Assembly: GCF_009914755.1 (NCBI RefSeq)
Contig: NC_060929.1
DNA: 64,000 nucleotides
Reading direction: 5' to 3' (one strand)
Source of the DNA: the human T2T-CHM13v2.0 reference genome, Homo sapiens
The notes beneath the pieces were generated by a model, which saw nothing but the letters and a program-made list of their open reading frames with translations, had not been told where the DNA came from and searched no databases. The translations under genes were made by a program, and so were the position numbers. Positions 26,491 through 41,309 of the stretch are shown here, one piece after another. The stretch's first letter is position 1; each line of letters starts with the position of its first letter.

Positions 26491-27042
26491 GTCATCTGTA
26501 TAGGAAATCCTTGTGAAATATTTTAAGTGAACTTGAGAGTAGAGAGAAAGATGGCTTTAGGATAAAAAGAGGGAGGCCATTATTGATATCAGGAATGCCC
26601 ATTACACCCAATTTGGGTAGCTTTGCCCATTGAGGCTTGGAAAATATTGTAGATGAGTATGCCTCCTTTGGAATCTTAGACGTTTAATTGAGTTTATGAT
26701 ATTTATTCCATCATGGGAGAAAAGCTAAGAATTTCCATCATATAGCCAAAGTAAATCAATTTGCTGAGTTCTACTTAATTCTCTATTTTATTTTAAATTT
26801 ATTGAAACATAATCCGCTCTCTATTTGAGCCCGTTGTCCATCATCTTCTACCATGCAGGCATTAATCTGAAAGGTAGGCAGAGTATCGTTCTCCTATCTG
26901 CTATCTCTCTGCTTCTATACCAGGATAGCATCTACCAAGAGGGATCTGAGCAGATTGCAGAGGAATTGGCACATGCATTCCAGCATGGAAGACCCACACA
27001 CTGAAATTCTGTAGGTAGAAACAGACCAGAAAAATGCTAGTA

Positions 27043-27250
27043 GTTCAACTCCCACTTATGAGTGAGAACATGTGGTGTTTGTTTTTCTGTTCCTGTGTTA
27101 GTTTGCTGAGAATGATGGCTTCCAGCTTCATCCATGTCAAAGGACATGAACACATTCTTTTTTATGGCTGCATAGTATTCCATGGTATATATGTGCCACA
27201 TTTTCTTTATCCAGTCTATCATTGATGGACATTTGGATTGGTTCTAAGTC
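27043..27250 (-). mobile_element. L1PA inverted 5' segment (ORF2 C-terminus) of a twin-primed insertion
   Basis: Minus-strand ORF 27037-27222 reads MIDWIKKMWHIYTMEYYAAIKK, the L1 ORF2p C-terminus. Confidence 0.95.
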
Positions 27251-27490
27251 GAACAATGAGAACACATGGACACATGGAGGGGAACATCACACACAGGAGC
27301 CTGTCGGGGGTTAGGGAGTAAGGGGAAAGGAGAGCATTAGGACAAATACCTAATGCATGAGAAGCTTAAAACCTAGATGATGGGTTGATAGTCACAGCAA
27401 ACCACTATGGCACATGTATACCTATGTAACAAACCTGCACATTCTGCACATGCATCCCAGAACTTAAAGAAAAATTTAAAAAAAAATGAA
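27251..27490 (+). mobile_element. L1PA 3'UTR and poly-A (non-inverted segment)
   Basis: 'gaacaatgagaacacatggacac...tatgtaacaaacctgcacattctgcacatgcatcccagaacttaaag' then A-rich tail. Confidence 0.95.
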
Positions 27491-27769
27491 AAAAATATGT
27501 TAGCAGTTATACTTGGAAATGGAGTCATTCATGTATATCACTCATTCACATTTCAGACCATGGAGCAATGAGGATAGGAGAGCTATCACCTTAATAAACT
27601 GAGCTGCTTATTTAAATAAATTCATGCAAGCCACTGAGAGTTGGGGTTGATGTGCTCAGTAATTTAACTTCCAGCTATGGATCTTGGAAAGGCATCACAC
27701 TATTACACATTTGGTCAGATTGAGACAAGTCAGACTTAAAGGTTATGATATGGTAACTGAATGATTACT

Positions 27770-28450
<681 letters not shown>

Positions 28451-28456
28451 TTTAGG

Positions 28457-28750
<294 letters not shown>

Positions 28751-28989
28751 CACCTTAGGTATTTAAAAGTAATACATAGCTAGATTAAAAAGCTGAATTT
28801 AAGATTCATAATTATTGAATAATGAAACAAAATTAATTGAATTTTTAACATGCACTTTTCAAAAGACAGCCAATGATTAATAACACAGGTGTAACCTATG
28901 CTTTCAGATTTTGCAATTGAGTAATTAAACAATTTATCTGCACTATGACACAGCATCAGTATGCAAGTACATGTCTGACATCATATGAG

Positions 28990-29670
28990 AAGGATGCCTG
29001 ACCCAATCTTGTGAGATCAAATAATGCTTTTCAAAAGATAAAACTTCCAGTCTGCCATCAAAATGATGAAGAGATGTTGGCTAAGCATATAGAGGGATAA
29101 TAGTAAAGACTTTTTTTGGTGTGGCAAATGACAAGAAGTTATTGGCTACTTTGAATGGAAAATCCAGTGGTAGTCTTAGGCCCAGCTACATTGATAGGGT
29201 TAAATCATATCATCATGAACAACACGAACAGTTTGGACAACCAGAAAGATGGAATTCCCACTGGAAATGGGAAGGTGAACACAAGTTTTGGTGGAAGTAT
29301 TAGGAAACTCAATTTTGAATATATTAGTTTTGAGATGCCATTCATATTTTCAGATGGGGAACCTAATGAGATAGTTAGAGATACAAATCTAGAGTTTAGG
29401 GAAATTTTCTTGGCTGTAGGTACAAATTTGTGAATTGTTACTGCATTAGTATTGAAGATAGTACTGAAGGCAATGAGGCTGGACAAGATCCCTATAGGAG
29501 TAAGGATAGATAGAAAAGGGAAAAAGGTCCAAAGAATGCATTTCTGAGATTCCAACATGGAAGGGTTGGGGAGATAAGAGAAAATATGTAAAGAATATGA
29601 AAATGAGCAGCCATAGATGTAGGATAAAAATCAGGAGAACGTTGTCTTGGAAGCAGATATATGTAAATAT
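28990..29670 (-). mobile_element. L2 LINE fragment
   Basis: 'tagttttgagatgcc', 'tacaaatctagagtttagg..ggctgtaggtacaaatttg', 'gatgtaggataaaaatcaggaga' typical of antisense L2. Confidence 0.7.
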
Positions 29671-29687
29671 AAAAGGTGGAGAGAGGT

Positions 29688-29980
29688 GGCCGGGCATGGT
29701 GGCTCATGCTTGTAATCACAGCACTTTGGGAAGCCAAGGCAAGAGGATCACGTAAGCCTAAGAGTTTGAGAATAGCCTGGGCAACATGGTGAGATTGCAT
29801 CTCTACATAAAATTTAAAAATTAGCTGGATGTGATGGTGTGCGCCTGTGATTCCAGCTACTGGGGAGGCTGTGGCAGGAGGATCACTTGGACCCAGGAGG
29901 CTGAGGCTGCAGTGAGCCATGTTCATACCACTGCACTCCAGCTTGGGCAACAGAGTGTGACCCTGTATCAGAAAAATAAA
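29688..29980 (+). mobile_element. AluJ
   Basis: AluJ-type 'ggatcacttggacccaggaggctgaggctgcagtgagccatg', 'gtgaccctg'. Confidence 0.93.
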
Positions 29981-30852
29981 TTGCAGAGAGAAGATAAAGA
30001 TTTCCACAGGGCCCTTCCACTGGCCTGCACCTGTGTCTAGATATTTAGCCTTCTCTCCTGTGTCTGTGGGTGGAATTTACATTTACATATTCTTAGAAAA
30101 AGCCATCTCTCCCTTCCTAGAATTTTCCCATCTTCTTTGACCTGGAAAAGAAAAGTTTGACTTAAATAAAGAGGTTATGTTTTATTTGCTAGGTAAAAGT
30201 GAGGAGAAAAATGAGCAATACTGTAGGAAAATAAGCAAGCAGTAACGTACTGCTTTTATTTCCTTTTTCCCTAATCCTTCAATCTCAAATTTTGAGGTTG
30301 GCTGGGGAACCAAAATCTCTAAAAGGTAATAAGTTGTCCTCCAGATTGTGATCCTCTCCCCTCAGCTTCCATAACTACAGGAGTCTTTGCCATCAAATCA
30401 TTCTAATCTGCTTACAGATATTAATATTTTTTGTAAAGTTTGATAATTAGAACTTTGGAAAGAAAGCTAAATTTTCATCTCCTTGCTTTCATCATAATGT
30501 GGTCATGTAACCTCACATAATATATCGATGTATATGAGCTATAGCCAGTGAACAAAAGTCTAGTAATTAGGAGAGCTGAATCCCATACTTGGATGGGTCA
30601 TTAACAAGATTTCAAATACGGAAGCAAGTAAGCTTTGAATTCTAGAACTCACACTCCCAATCAGTACTCAAACTGGCTCTTGGACTCTTCTGATGAAAAA
30701 ATGAACATATGTGCAAAGTGATTTGACAACGTTAAAAGCATTGTGCATGTAATAAGTACAGTCATCTATTTGCTTTCTTATTTCAAAGATAAACCAGGAA
30801 CATCTGGACACCCTTACACCCTGGGTACCCTGTTAAAGACTCCCTTCTAAAG

Positions 30853-30854
<2 letters not shown>

Positions 30855-30888
<34 letters not shown>
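30855..30888. repeat. (GT)17 microsatellite
   Basis: Direct reading. Confidence 0.98.
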
Positions 30889-30890
<2 letters not shown>

Positions 30891-32479
30891 CTTTGTAACT
30901 GTGTATATGTATAAAACCCTAGTTGTTTTGGATTGATCTGTTAAACCTATTTAGAAAATGTGTTTCTTTCTTAAGCACCCATTGGCCTTATTGTCACTAG
31001 ATGGCAGAAACAGATCCTACTTCTGTGGGAAAATGAGAGTTCATTTTGCATTCGGGAAGGGCACAAAAAAGCTTCCCACAGACAATGTTTACAGGCTTTC
31101 TTTATTTTGACATTTCTTCTGAATACATTAATGTTTTTGGAAATTCCCTGTTAGGTCCCCTGCAGGGGTATACTGCAAAGTGATCTTGGCTTACACAGGA
31201 AGAAGAATGGCTTGCATTCTGCATTTCAGTTTATAATTTTAGAATGAATTCTACTTTATTTAAGGGCAGGGGAGAGTGGGAAGGAGGTGGAGTTAAATGC
31301 TAAGAAAAATCAAGAAGCTGTGTCACATTACTAAAGCACTGCTGCTGTAATATTTCATCTGAGCCAGAGATGACTTTACTATAATTCATTCTCTTTAGGG
31401 TAAGAGGAGTTGACAGTCAAAGTGTCCCATATAAATATACTGTAAAATTCTCTATGTAAATTTTTGTGCTGGAATTTTTTTCTCTTTCTTCTTTTTTCCA
31501 AATCAGTTATTGCTTCAGAGCACTATTAGTTTCTCATACAATTAAATGACTGAGATAGTACTTATTTAAAAAGCCAACCCGATGCTCCAGAGGCTTTTTG
31601 AACAATGTTTTTTCACTGCCCAAACAATCATTGATCTTCAGCTTCTTTGTACACATGCTGATAATGGTCTTCTTTAACAATACCTAAATAGAAATGGCTT
31701 AATTCAGAGAAAACCATTACAATGTGTTGAGGCTGCAATTGTGGATAAACAATTATGCTCGATGTGTGTGCTTCCATGTATCTTCAAAAACACTTTAAAA
31801 ATAATCCCATCTTTTAAAAATTACTTTTGTTCCTCTTAGAAAATATTTTTATGTCCATTGGGATCATTTCTGGTCCATGAAAAGGACAGTTTTAGCATTG
31901 TATTTACTTGCTTAAAATGCAATTTAAAAATATATGTTTCATGTATTTGTGGCTGTGGGAATTCCAAAGCCACAGGAAGAAATGCTTGGTGAACTCATTT
32001 GCATACCAATACCCAGAATGCTTTTCCAGCTCACTGCTATTTAATCTAAGTCAGCTGGTGTCAGAGCTCTGGGAACAAACTGAATGATTTTGACATGCTT
32101 CTCTGTGCATGTTCTGAGTTCTTTTTCTGCACTGGGTACACAATGAACACTCAAAATTTCATCTCTACTATAAATTTTTTAGAAAAGACTTGGATACTTT
32201 TAAATATTTATTTTCTTTTCAATTTTTCTTTAACCCTTTCTATGAAATGTTATTCTAATTATTACTGTAATAAAGTTCTAATTGATAAACGAGTCTAGAA
32301 CTACTGATTACCTGGAATACATGTTAACTTGAATAACTTGTGACTCAGAACACAAATGGAAGAATTGGAAGAACACATTCATCCATTTTGAAAAAGGTCA
32401 AGTTGGAGAGAATAGGATACATTTGGGAAAATCTGCAGATTTGGTGGCTGAGAGCTGATGGTGTCTTATCAATGTCAAA

Positions 32480-32780
32480 GATTTAGCTGATCTATACTTT
32501 TAATGTATTAAGGTGTGGTGATGGCACTGCAGATATGTTTCTTAAGGGTACTTAATGTTTTTGAGATGCATTTGGAAATGTTTACAGATTAAATGAGATG
32601 CTATCCAGGATTTGCTTTAAATAACATGGGAGAGGAAGAAGTAAATGGGAGTGTAGATGAAATAAAATTGCCATTTGTTTATACTTGTTGAATCTGGATA
32701 ATGGATATGTGGAGCTTCATTATATTCTGTCTACTCTAGTAATTTTTGAAAATGTTCTGTAATAAAGATTTTTGAAAGGA
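32480..32780 (+). mobile_element. L1ME/MD-type 3'UTR fragment
   Basis: 'tttacagattaaatgagatg..ggatttgctttaaataa...ttcattatattctgtctact...ataaag'. Confidence 0.6.
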
Positions 32781-33679
32781 GAAATAAAAAATATATCACA
32801 AGGTACCTGAGCATTTGAGTTTAGTCTATACTTTCCTTCCAAAAATGGTTTGATTATCTCCTTAGGCATTTTAACACACATATATCTATGTGAAAGAAAA
32901 TTTGTCAATTAATAGATAAGAAAAAAGAATACGTGCAAATTTCTCTTGATTTCTGCCCTCCTTCCGTCTGCTTCTGTTTGTTACTCTGTCTTTCCTGGAT
33001 CTGTAATCATGTTCTCTCTTCTAGCTACTGTTCAGTGGTATTAAAACGGTCTCTTTCATCTTACACAAATTGTTTTGACTTTATGTTCTCTTCTTAATAC
33101 TCTCTCTCCTTCTTTCAGAAGGTTCTTTAAAGATTATCTATACTTTCTCTGTTCTCATCTTACCCTACCAGCCATTCTTAAAAAAATAATAGTGAAAAAT
33201 ATACCATAGACTCAAAGAAGAAAATGATGAAATGAACGCCCATGTACCAATTATCTGCAAGGAAACAGAATATTTTCAGTAATTTAGAATTTCTAATATA
33301 TCTTTCCTTAATCATATCCACCTTGTGCTACATTGTATATATTGCAATAAGGTAGCAACCTTACTGAGGTTTTTGTTTGCTTTTTTTTTGTCCATGATAT
33401 TCTTCATTGGTTTATCACTTTGTATATATTAATATTATTAAACATTATTTTTCAGTTTTACCTGCTTGATAGAATTTTAAACATTGAATCATACTATAGT
33501 TTTTATCTTGGCTTAGAACATTTAGGCCTGATAGACACTGAGTTATAGAAATAACATTTTTAAATTTGTAATCATTCTGGAGATATAGTTTTCATATTTC
33601 TATGTAATCTGTAATGAATGGTCTATTGTCTGTATAACATCAACAGTTATGTCTCTATGTGTTTATTTTTAAAAATCAT

Positions 33680-34210
33680 TTCCTCAAAGCCCTCAATGTT
33701 TCCCTAACCTACTCAGAATAAAATCCAAAGTCTTTGTTTTATGCCCCAAAAGGTCCTTGGCCTCCTTCTGGCATAGTTTTGTTCTCCCTGTCTTCTCCTT
33801 GCCTTCTTTCTCATTGATTTGGCCACAATGGCCACTTTAGTCTTCTCTGAAGATGCCAACTGCTGTTCTGCCCCAGTGCTTTTGCACTTACTCCTGTCCC
33901 CTGACTATGACATTTTCCCCTGACATATTTGTGTAAATTACTTCCTCTTTTCTTCATGTTTCTTGTCAAATGCCACCTTAACTGAATGGCTTTACTTGGC
34001 TCCTTATCTAAAATAGCAAACTGTATGGTCACACTATGTCCTCTTTATTCTGCTTTAACCTTCTTTTAATTTACTTATTTATTTTGTGTCTCTTCTCCAT
34101 TTCTCTCCCCAATATAATAAGGTTAACGAAAGCGCAGACCTTTGTATTTGGTTAATTCTCATAACCTCAGTATTTATAACAATGTTTATCATTGAAAAGT
34201 CACTCATTAA
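33680..34210 (+). mobile_element. L2 LINE 3' end
   Basis: 'actcagaataaaatccaaagtc', 'gcttttgcacttactcct', 'tcaaatgccacctt'. Confidence 0.7.
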
Positions 34211-34264
34211 AAGCAAATAAGAGTGTCAAAAAAAGACACCATAAGATTTAGAAAATATGTGACA

Positions 34265-34516
34265 TGGTGACTAAGCACAGGAATTTTGAATCAGTCTGCC
34301 TGTGTGTGACTTTGTCACTCACTAGTTGGACAAATTACTTCATCTTTTAGTATCTCATTTACTTTATTTTTAATCTGAAAATCATGATTGAACTTACCTC
34401 ATAGTGTTGCCGTAAGGAGTAAGCAAGATGTTACACAGAAAACCATTGTTCTAAGTGCTAGTTCTGATGTCTAGTACATAGTAATCACTCTGTAAGTATT
34501 TATCCCTTATTATTAT
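34265..34516 (+). mobile_element. MIR SINE
   Basis: 'ttggacaaattactt...acttacctcatagtgttg...tacatagtaatcactc..ttattattatta'. Confidence 0.65.
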
Positions 34517-36569
34517 TAGCAGCATAAATCAGTGCAATTTATGGATTTCACCATTCATGTAGGAAATATTTATTGAGTCCCCTGCATGCTGGACATTTTG
34601 CTGAAGACTGGTGTTACAATGATGAATATCCTATTCATAGATCTGCCTTAAAAACTACTTTATAAGACACAATATAAAGATATATTTATTATTTAAATAT
34701 TTTGAATTAATCCAAAATTTATTAATGGGTGTCCAACACTCAAATACAATTCTAAATAATAGCATTTTTTTTCTTTTTACTTTATACATCTGTAAATAGC
34801 AATTCAAATTTCCACCAGGGCTTACCAAGTTGATATTTATTAAAACGCTCTAACTCTGGCAAAACTGTCCCTTCAGTTCATATGCTATTGATCCTCAGCT
34901 CAATGAAGAGAAACATAAAAATCTTCTAATAATTGTACTCCCACTCCAAAATCTGTGGCTTACAAGCATAGGAAACAGTCGATGATGGATTCAAGATACT
35001 GCCCCTTTATCATTTATCTTACTTTAAATGTTATCTATCTTTGCTTTTTTATTTTGTGGGTTGAGGCAGCAATGAGCGGGGCTTGTGGCTTAAAGTAACT
35101 TGTATAGATGTGTTCAAAAGTTATTCATGCCCCCCTGCCAGCTGTACCCCTCAACCCAAGTATGTGTTCAGGTAAGCACCAATTGACATCTCTTGGAGTC
35201 AAAGCATTCCTCAGAACTTTCTTTCTTTTTTTCTTTTTCTATGGAAAAATCTTTAAAACTTTTGTTATGTGTTCCCTGATCCCTTACTTGTCACCTCATG
35301 AGTTCCATTTGCTTGTTTGTTAGTTGCTCAGTGTTATTTTTTGTGCTCAGCAGCACATCTTTTAATGCTAATTTACTCTATCTTGAAAAATATATATGAG
35401 TAATTTTTAAAAGGTAAGCTAAAGGACCATCTTTAGAGCAGTTCTGATATGTTTTCCAGGAAATTGGCAATGCATCTGGTCTCATGAGTGGATGTTATAA
35501 TTCAGCCAGAATTAAATAGTTTCCTCTTCTCACCCCAGTCCCCCAAGCAAAAACATTTCCACTAGTTTCTAGTCAGAGTCTAAAATACACAGTTGAGTAT
35601 AATTCCTCTGGATCCTAAAGGTTTTTTGGTCTTAGAGTCCCATGTTTAAATAGAAATTCTAATGAAAAAATGTCCCCTCAACCTTTGATTACTCTTATCA
35701 CTCTGGTCCCTGCACCATTTAGTCTACCTTCAGAAATATAGTCTGGGTGCCTAGAGACATGGCGGATTTTATAAGGAGGGGCATCTTGAGAGAGGCGAGG
35801 GACACTGCAATGGCGACTTATGACACTGCTAAAGATAAAAGTCACATATTTTATACTTTTTCCCTAGAACCTTCCATGAGAAAATGAATTTAGATCTGTA
35901 ACTAGTCTAATAGAATGTGGTTACAATTCTAAAATCTCAGAATAAAAAGACTATTTTTGAATTAATTGGGTTTTCATTGCCACTCACACTTTTCTTAATA
36001 GGAAGACAGAATATTTGAGGAAAATAATTTAGTTTCATTAAGTTCTTCCTTTGACATCAAAAGCCCTTAATTTCAAAAAGCTATTTCCAATTAAGTTTGC
36101 AAACCAGTTACCAACTGTCTACCAAACATATTATTAGTAATATGGATATTTGGGGTGTTGCCAATATCAGCTTATAAATGGGCTGTTCTACAGAGTGTCA
36201 TACATTTTCAACAGCTTCAGCCAAATATACACCACTATTTCCACTGTTAATTTATTTTTCCATGAATAGGCTTCAGCTTGCCCCAATGATTTTGTGAGTG
36301 AAACCTAATATTGTTTTTAAATAAAAAAGCTCAACATTGCCATTAGCAACCTAGCTAAAATGTTCACGACCAAAAGACTTATGAAACTCTTAGGGATCAA
36401 TTGGGGAATCTAGTACTCTGTTTAAACCAAGAAGAGAAATTAAGCTCAATGCTGAGAAAAGAGAATGCTATCTACCAGTGCACATCTTTTAAGTGGTTGT
36501 TCCAAACCAGGCTCCAGACCAGATGAAAATAACAAACTTCTTATATTCAATCAAGAAGCTCCTAACTTC

Positions 36570-37700
36570 TTGCTGAACAAAGGCAAGTAAGCAATCCTTT
36601 AATAGGCTATGTTTCAAATACTTGAAGAGAGATCAAAGAAGTCTCCCCAGAAAGAGCTTCCAGTTTTAGCTGTATTCTCAGAGAAAACTGTTAGCTGAAT
36701 GTTGAATTTGGTAGAAAGAGAAAGACATTCTAAGAAAAGGAAAGCATGAAACCATGAGGGGTGCACTAAACAGTCTAGTAAGGCAAGACCAGAAAGATGT
36801 AGAAGAGTGCTGGGAAACACAGCTGGAGGGAGCTTTGAAAAGCATGGTTAGAGTATGGACTTACCGTGTAGATTCTAGAAACCATGACAGTTTTAGAAGG
36901 TTCGTTCGAAGTGCATTTTGAAAGATATATTGGAATCAGAATGATATTACTTTAATCGTGTCAAGAAATCAAGAGGAAACTAATTAAAGTGGTGCTAGTT
37001 TGGATGGAGAAGCCTGAAATAATTTGCAAATTGCTTTAGGTAACTGACTGGCAGGAAAGTGAAAGAAAGGGAGAAGTAGGTTTCTGACTTGGGCAACTAG
37101 TCTGAGGGTAGTACCATTTTGATATAATGTATGAAGGGAGAAAACACGTAAGAATAAAAGAGGATCTGTAGCTTGAGCACATTTAGCTGGAAGTTAGCAG
37201 CATATCTGGGTAAAAGTGCATAGTGGAAAGTTAATAACAGAGATTTGTAGTTGTATAAATAGATGTGTCAGGAGATACACAGTATCTGAAGTTGTCAGGG
37301 TTAGGAAAGAGATTACACAGAGAGTGAATAATGGGTAACTAGAAATTGACTAAGAAGGGAACATTGAAGAACACTGAAGCTTAAAAACTTTGTATATAAG
37401 GAAGATCTCAAGTGCAAATACATGTAAAAGAACCAAGAGAATGTTGCATTACCAAAATTAGGAGAGAAAAAACTTTCAAAGATGTGGGAATAGTAAATAG
37501 TGCCAAGGGTATCCTTAGGATCAAGAAAAATGAGGACTTAAAAGTGTCACTTGGTCTTGGTGATTAGAAGGTGATTACTGACCTTAATGAAAGCGATTTT
37601 GGTGAACAGAAGTCAAATGTTAGTGGTGAAGAAGTCAATTGAAACTGTGGAAATTGAGACAGTGAATGTATATTATTCCTTAGGAAGTAAGACTCTAACA
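36570..37700 (-). mobile_element. Degenerate L2 fragment
   Basis: Purine-rich antisense L2 signatures 'gtttctgacttgggcaact', 'ggatcaagaaaaatgaggact', 'ggtgattactgaccttaatg'. Confidence 0.6.
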
Positions 37701-40369
37701 AGTAGCAGAATTTTTTAAAGTAGACATTGGGCAAACAGGAAATGTTTTTGTGTATCTAGTTTCCTTCTTTCTCTTACTTTTTCAAATGGAAGATAATTGA
37801 AAGAATCAATTTCAAAGGAAAGACGTTAAAGAAATCAATTTCATGTAATCTTCCCTTTAATATATAAAACAAGATATTCAATGCCAATAAAAGTAGAAAG
37901 GTATCTTTCAGAATAAGGTAATTCTTGATAGTGAACACTTTATGAAAAATGTCCTATTTTATTTTTTATGATATCAATCAGTAAAAACTTGATCATGGAG
38001 CAAAACAATTGATCTAGTGTGGAGGCAAAGTTGTATTCCTGAACGTCAATAGGGCCATCTTTTTTTCTTGCATCAGTATGGGATGAAGTATGATATGTGA
38101 GGATAAATCATTTTTTTAAATGGTAAGAGGCAGAAAGTTGAGGAAATGAATTTTAGATGATCTTTGTTTTCCCTACAAAATAAGAGACAAGTATATACTG
38201 AGAGCGAGTAAACATTTAATACTGGGTTTCAAGGTAATAACAAAATTTTGGAACAGATACTCTAGAAATGAAAAGGATATTTAAAAATGATATTACAATT
38301 ACCAATCAACCTGGAGGGCACTGTTAAAATCAGAAGCCATATATTTGTAAAAGCACCAAGCATCATTATTTTGTGATTTTTCTCCAGCACTGCTCAGCAT
38401 GTAGAAATGAAGACAGTAGATGCCTAATCTTATCAGGGATAAGTGTTTGTAGGATATGGGCACAGGAAGTATAAGCATAAGAGAGAGGTTTAAGTCATTG
38501 ACCAAGGGTTTTAGGCTGGATAGGGAGGGAAGGAAGGCCAGGAGGTAAGGCCATGTAGAGACCCACAAGAAAATAAAGGGCAATGCTTTGTATTTCTGAA
38601 AGTGGTACAATCAGAGAAAAGAAAATGAGCCAAGCATTTATTTCACGTATACTAGAAATACATACATCAGAGCTATTATAAGGGCTGATTAGTTGAGAAA
38701 AGTACTAGTGAAAATAAAAATATTGAGAAAATAGGAAATATGTTTTATAAAACAAATCAGGATGAGTTTCAATTGACTTAATTGCAGAGCGGTATCTTTC
38801 AGGGCAAAAGCATAATAATACAAGTACAAAGTAGAGAAATAGACAAAGATGAGTGGAAAATAATCGATTTGGGTACTGTCTGAACAAAGGCTTATATGTT
38901 TACGGCAATTGTGGGAAGAAAGAAACTCGGATTATTTTCTTTTAGGCAATTTCAGATATTTGAGGATTTAGGGACATTTTTGAAAAGGTAATTGAGTATG
39001 TGAGACAAGAAATGAAAGTAAAATGTCCTAATTTCCAGCTGAAAACCCTATGAAATTTTCTCCCATTTCTACTCATAGTACAAACAATGGACTGTCAGGA
39101 GCAATGTGTGAAGTGAAGAATCATTTGTTGTATAGATATATTTACTTCAGATAGAGCACCAAGACTCAAGTTCATGTTCTTGGTATAATTTATATTCAGA
39201 TTTATTGGGATTTATTTTCCTTAAGTGCATTAAAAAGAAAATAGATTTCTCAAGGACAGCATGATATATATAAAACAAATAAACAAAGGTTAGCTAGCTC
39301 GTGTTTTAATGTAGTAGAATTTACAATCATACAATAATACATTGAATGGTATAATAACAAATGACCCATGAATGGATCAAATAGTGAATCTTATATTTGA
39401 TGTGCATGTAAGCTTACCCCTCACTGAGACACACTTTCAGATGGGCCCCTACCTTTTTGCTGTTCTCTGTGGGCCACAGTGCTCATCAAACAATGCTCCC
39501 TGGACAGCTGGCTCTGCCATGAACCATCTGGAGTTCCTACTCCCTAGTGATGCCCATTACGGAAAAGTTTCAAGTCTTCAACTTCACCTTTAGGGAATCT
39601 ATATATCATTTAACAAGACATCCAGTAGCATATTTGCAGGATGATGTTGGCAAAAAGAAGTGTTTGGGAAATTCCAACAGTTTTATTTTAAGATAAATTA
39701 TAACTACACCTCAAAGCCATTGAGATCAGAAAAGGTCCATCTTCCCGAAGGAGCAAACAGCAAACACAAATTAAGCAATTACTATGTGCTAGCCACTGTG
39801 CTAAGGGCTTTAAATGCATTGTTTCAGCACCCCATGAAGAATTATTTACAATAAGTCAGGAATGTAAGATTTCATAGATTAAGTAGAGTCTCTGGTAAAT
39901 AGCAAGCAGCACTTACCACAATCTGTGTACATTTGTTTTTGAACTTGTGTTTTTTGAAGACATACTGGCTTTGGGATATCATTTTGGGTAAAGGGGATAA
40001 AAAGATATGCAAGCTGTATATCTTCCAGCCAGGTTGTTTATACTTTACTAGACCAGGTGAATATGTGAACAACTTTCTATAACACAATAAGTTCTAAAGT
40101 AGAAATGTATACACAGTTCTTTGGGGGCAAATAGGAGAACAAATGTTTTTTCCTAAGAAAGACGAAGAAGTATTCATAGTAAAAGGGAGTTTTGAACTGG
40201 GCTGTAAAATATGATTAGATTCCACTAAAAGAACTTTGCATATATTGGAATGATACAGCTTAAACATTTTGTTCTCTACAATTTGAGAAAATTTACCAGG
40301 CATCATTACAAAAATTTTTTTTTACTGCTGTTTTATGCTTCCAAGAGATAGAGAAATAAATAAATAAAA

Positions 40370-40650
40370 AGGGGGATTTATAGTATAAAACAGAAAGAAA
40401 AGGAAAAAAAGAGAAAACAGAAACAGAAAAGAAGAGAGTAGAAGTAGAAATCTGAAAGAAGAGAGGAACCCAGACGTAGGAATACGTAAAATAAAGATAG
40501 AAGCAGAACCAGGATTACAAATGAAATTTGAAATAACTGGAAAAACAGAAAGAAGCAGAAGAGGAAGAAGTGTCTAAGAAAACTAGTGGTGAAATAAAGG
40601 AGGGAAGATTCATGGAAAGGAAAACAGATCTGAGTAAGAAGGCAAGAGAA
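40370..40650. repeat. GA-rich low-complexity tract
   Basis: Repeated gaaa/agaag words. Confidence 0.7.
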
Positions 40651-41227
40651 ATTTTAAAAGCTATCATTGCACTGTTGTTTTAGGCTGTTATAATAAAAAT
40701 ATAATCCCTTTTAATAATTTTTCTAGAAAATGCTTGTTGATAACAGTTAAAATCAAGAAAGCCCAGAAAATATATTCACGTATTTGTCTGCCATACAGAT
40801 ACAAACACATCTTCAAATATAGGAGATAAAGTCGAAAACAATCTGATGTGTAGCTTCCCAGTATCTTATTTCCCTGAGTCATATTTTGAAAACAAAAATC
40901 AGTGATGCTGATTTTGGAGTCTATCTTCAGAAAAGACGAGACTAACTTTTCATGGAGAATGAATGGCTTTGTTTTAGTATTTTTAATAAGATGTGTATCT
41001 CAAGATATGATTTTTCTTTAAAAATTCTGACATCCTAATTTGTTTATAAGTGGTTGAGTTGATGTGCTTTCAGAAAATATAGAGGACATCTTTAAGGAAG
41101 TGGTTATACAAGGCTTTGGTGCTTTGTGAAAATTCCATTTCTGTTTCTATAGAATTGTTTGTGTTTAAATCCCACTACCACCCACTGTTTTTTTGTTGAT
41201 GTTCCGATGTCTTTAAGAGTATGTGTA

Positions 41228-41250
41228 TGTGTGTGTGTGTGTGTGTGTGT
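41228..41250. repeat. (TG)n microsatellite
   Basis: Direct reading. Confidence 0.95.
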
Positions 41251-41309
41251 TTATGTTGTTGGGGTTGCTATTGTTACAGTAGAAAGGCTGGGGTGTGGGA
41301 CTTTTCTAA

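Noticed and set aside
27037-27222. 61-aa ORF with clear protein similarity
   Set aside because: It is the L1 ORF2p C-terminal remnant in the inverted L1 segment
30237-30255. Short hairpin aagcagta/tactgctt followed by Ts (similar dyad near 49956-49976)
   Set aside because: Stems of 8-10 bp are expected by chance in 64 kb of AT-rich DNA; bacterial terminator logic does not apply
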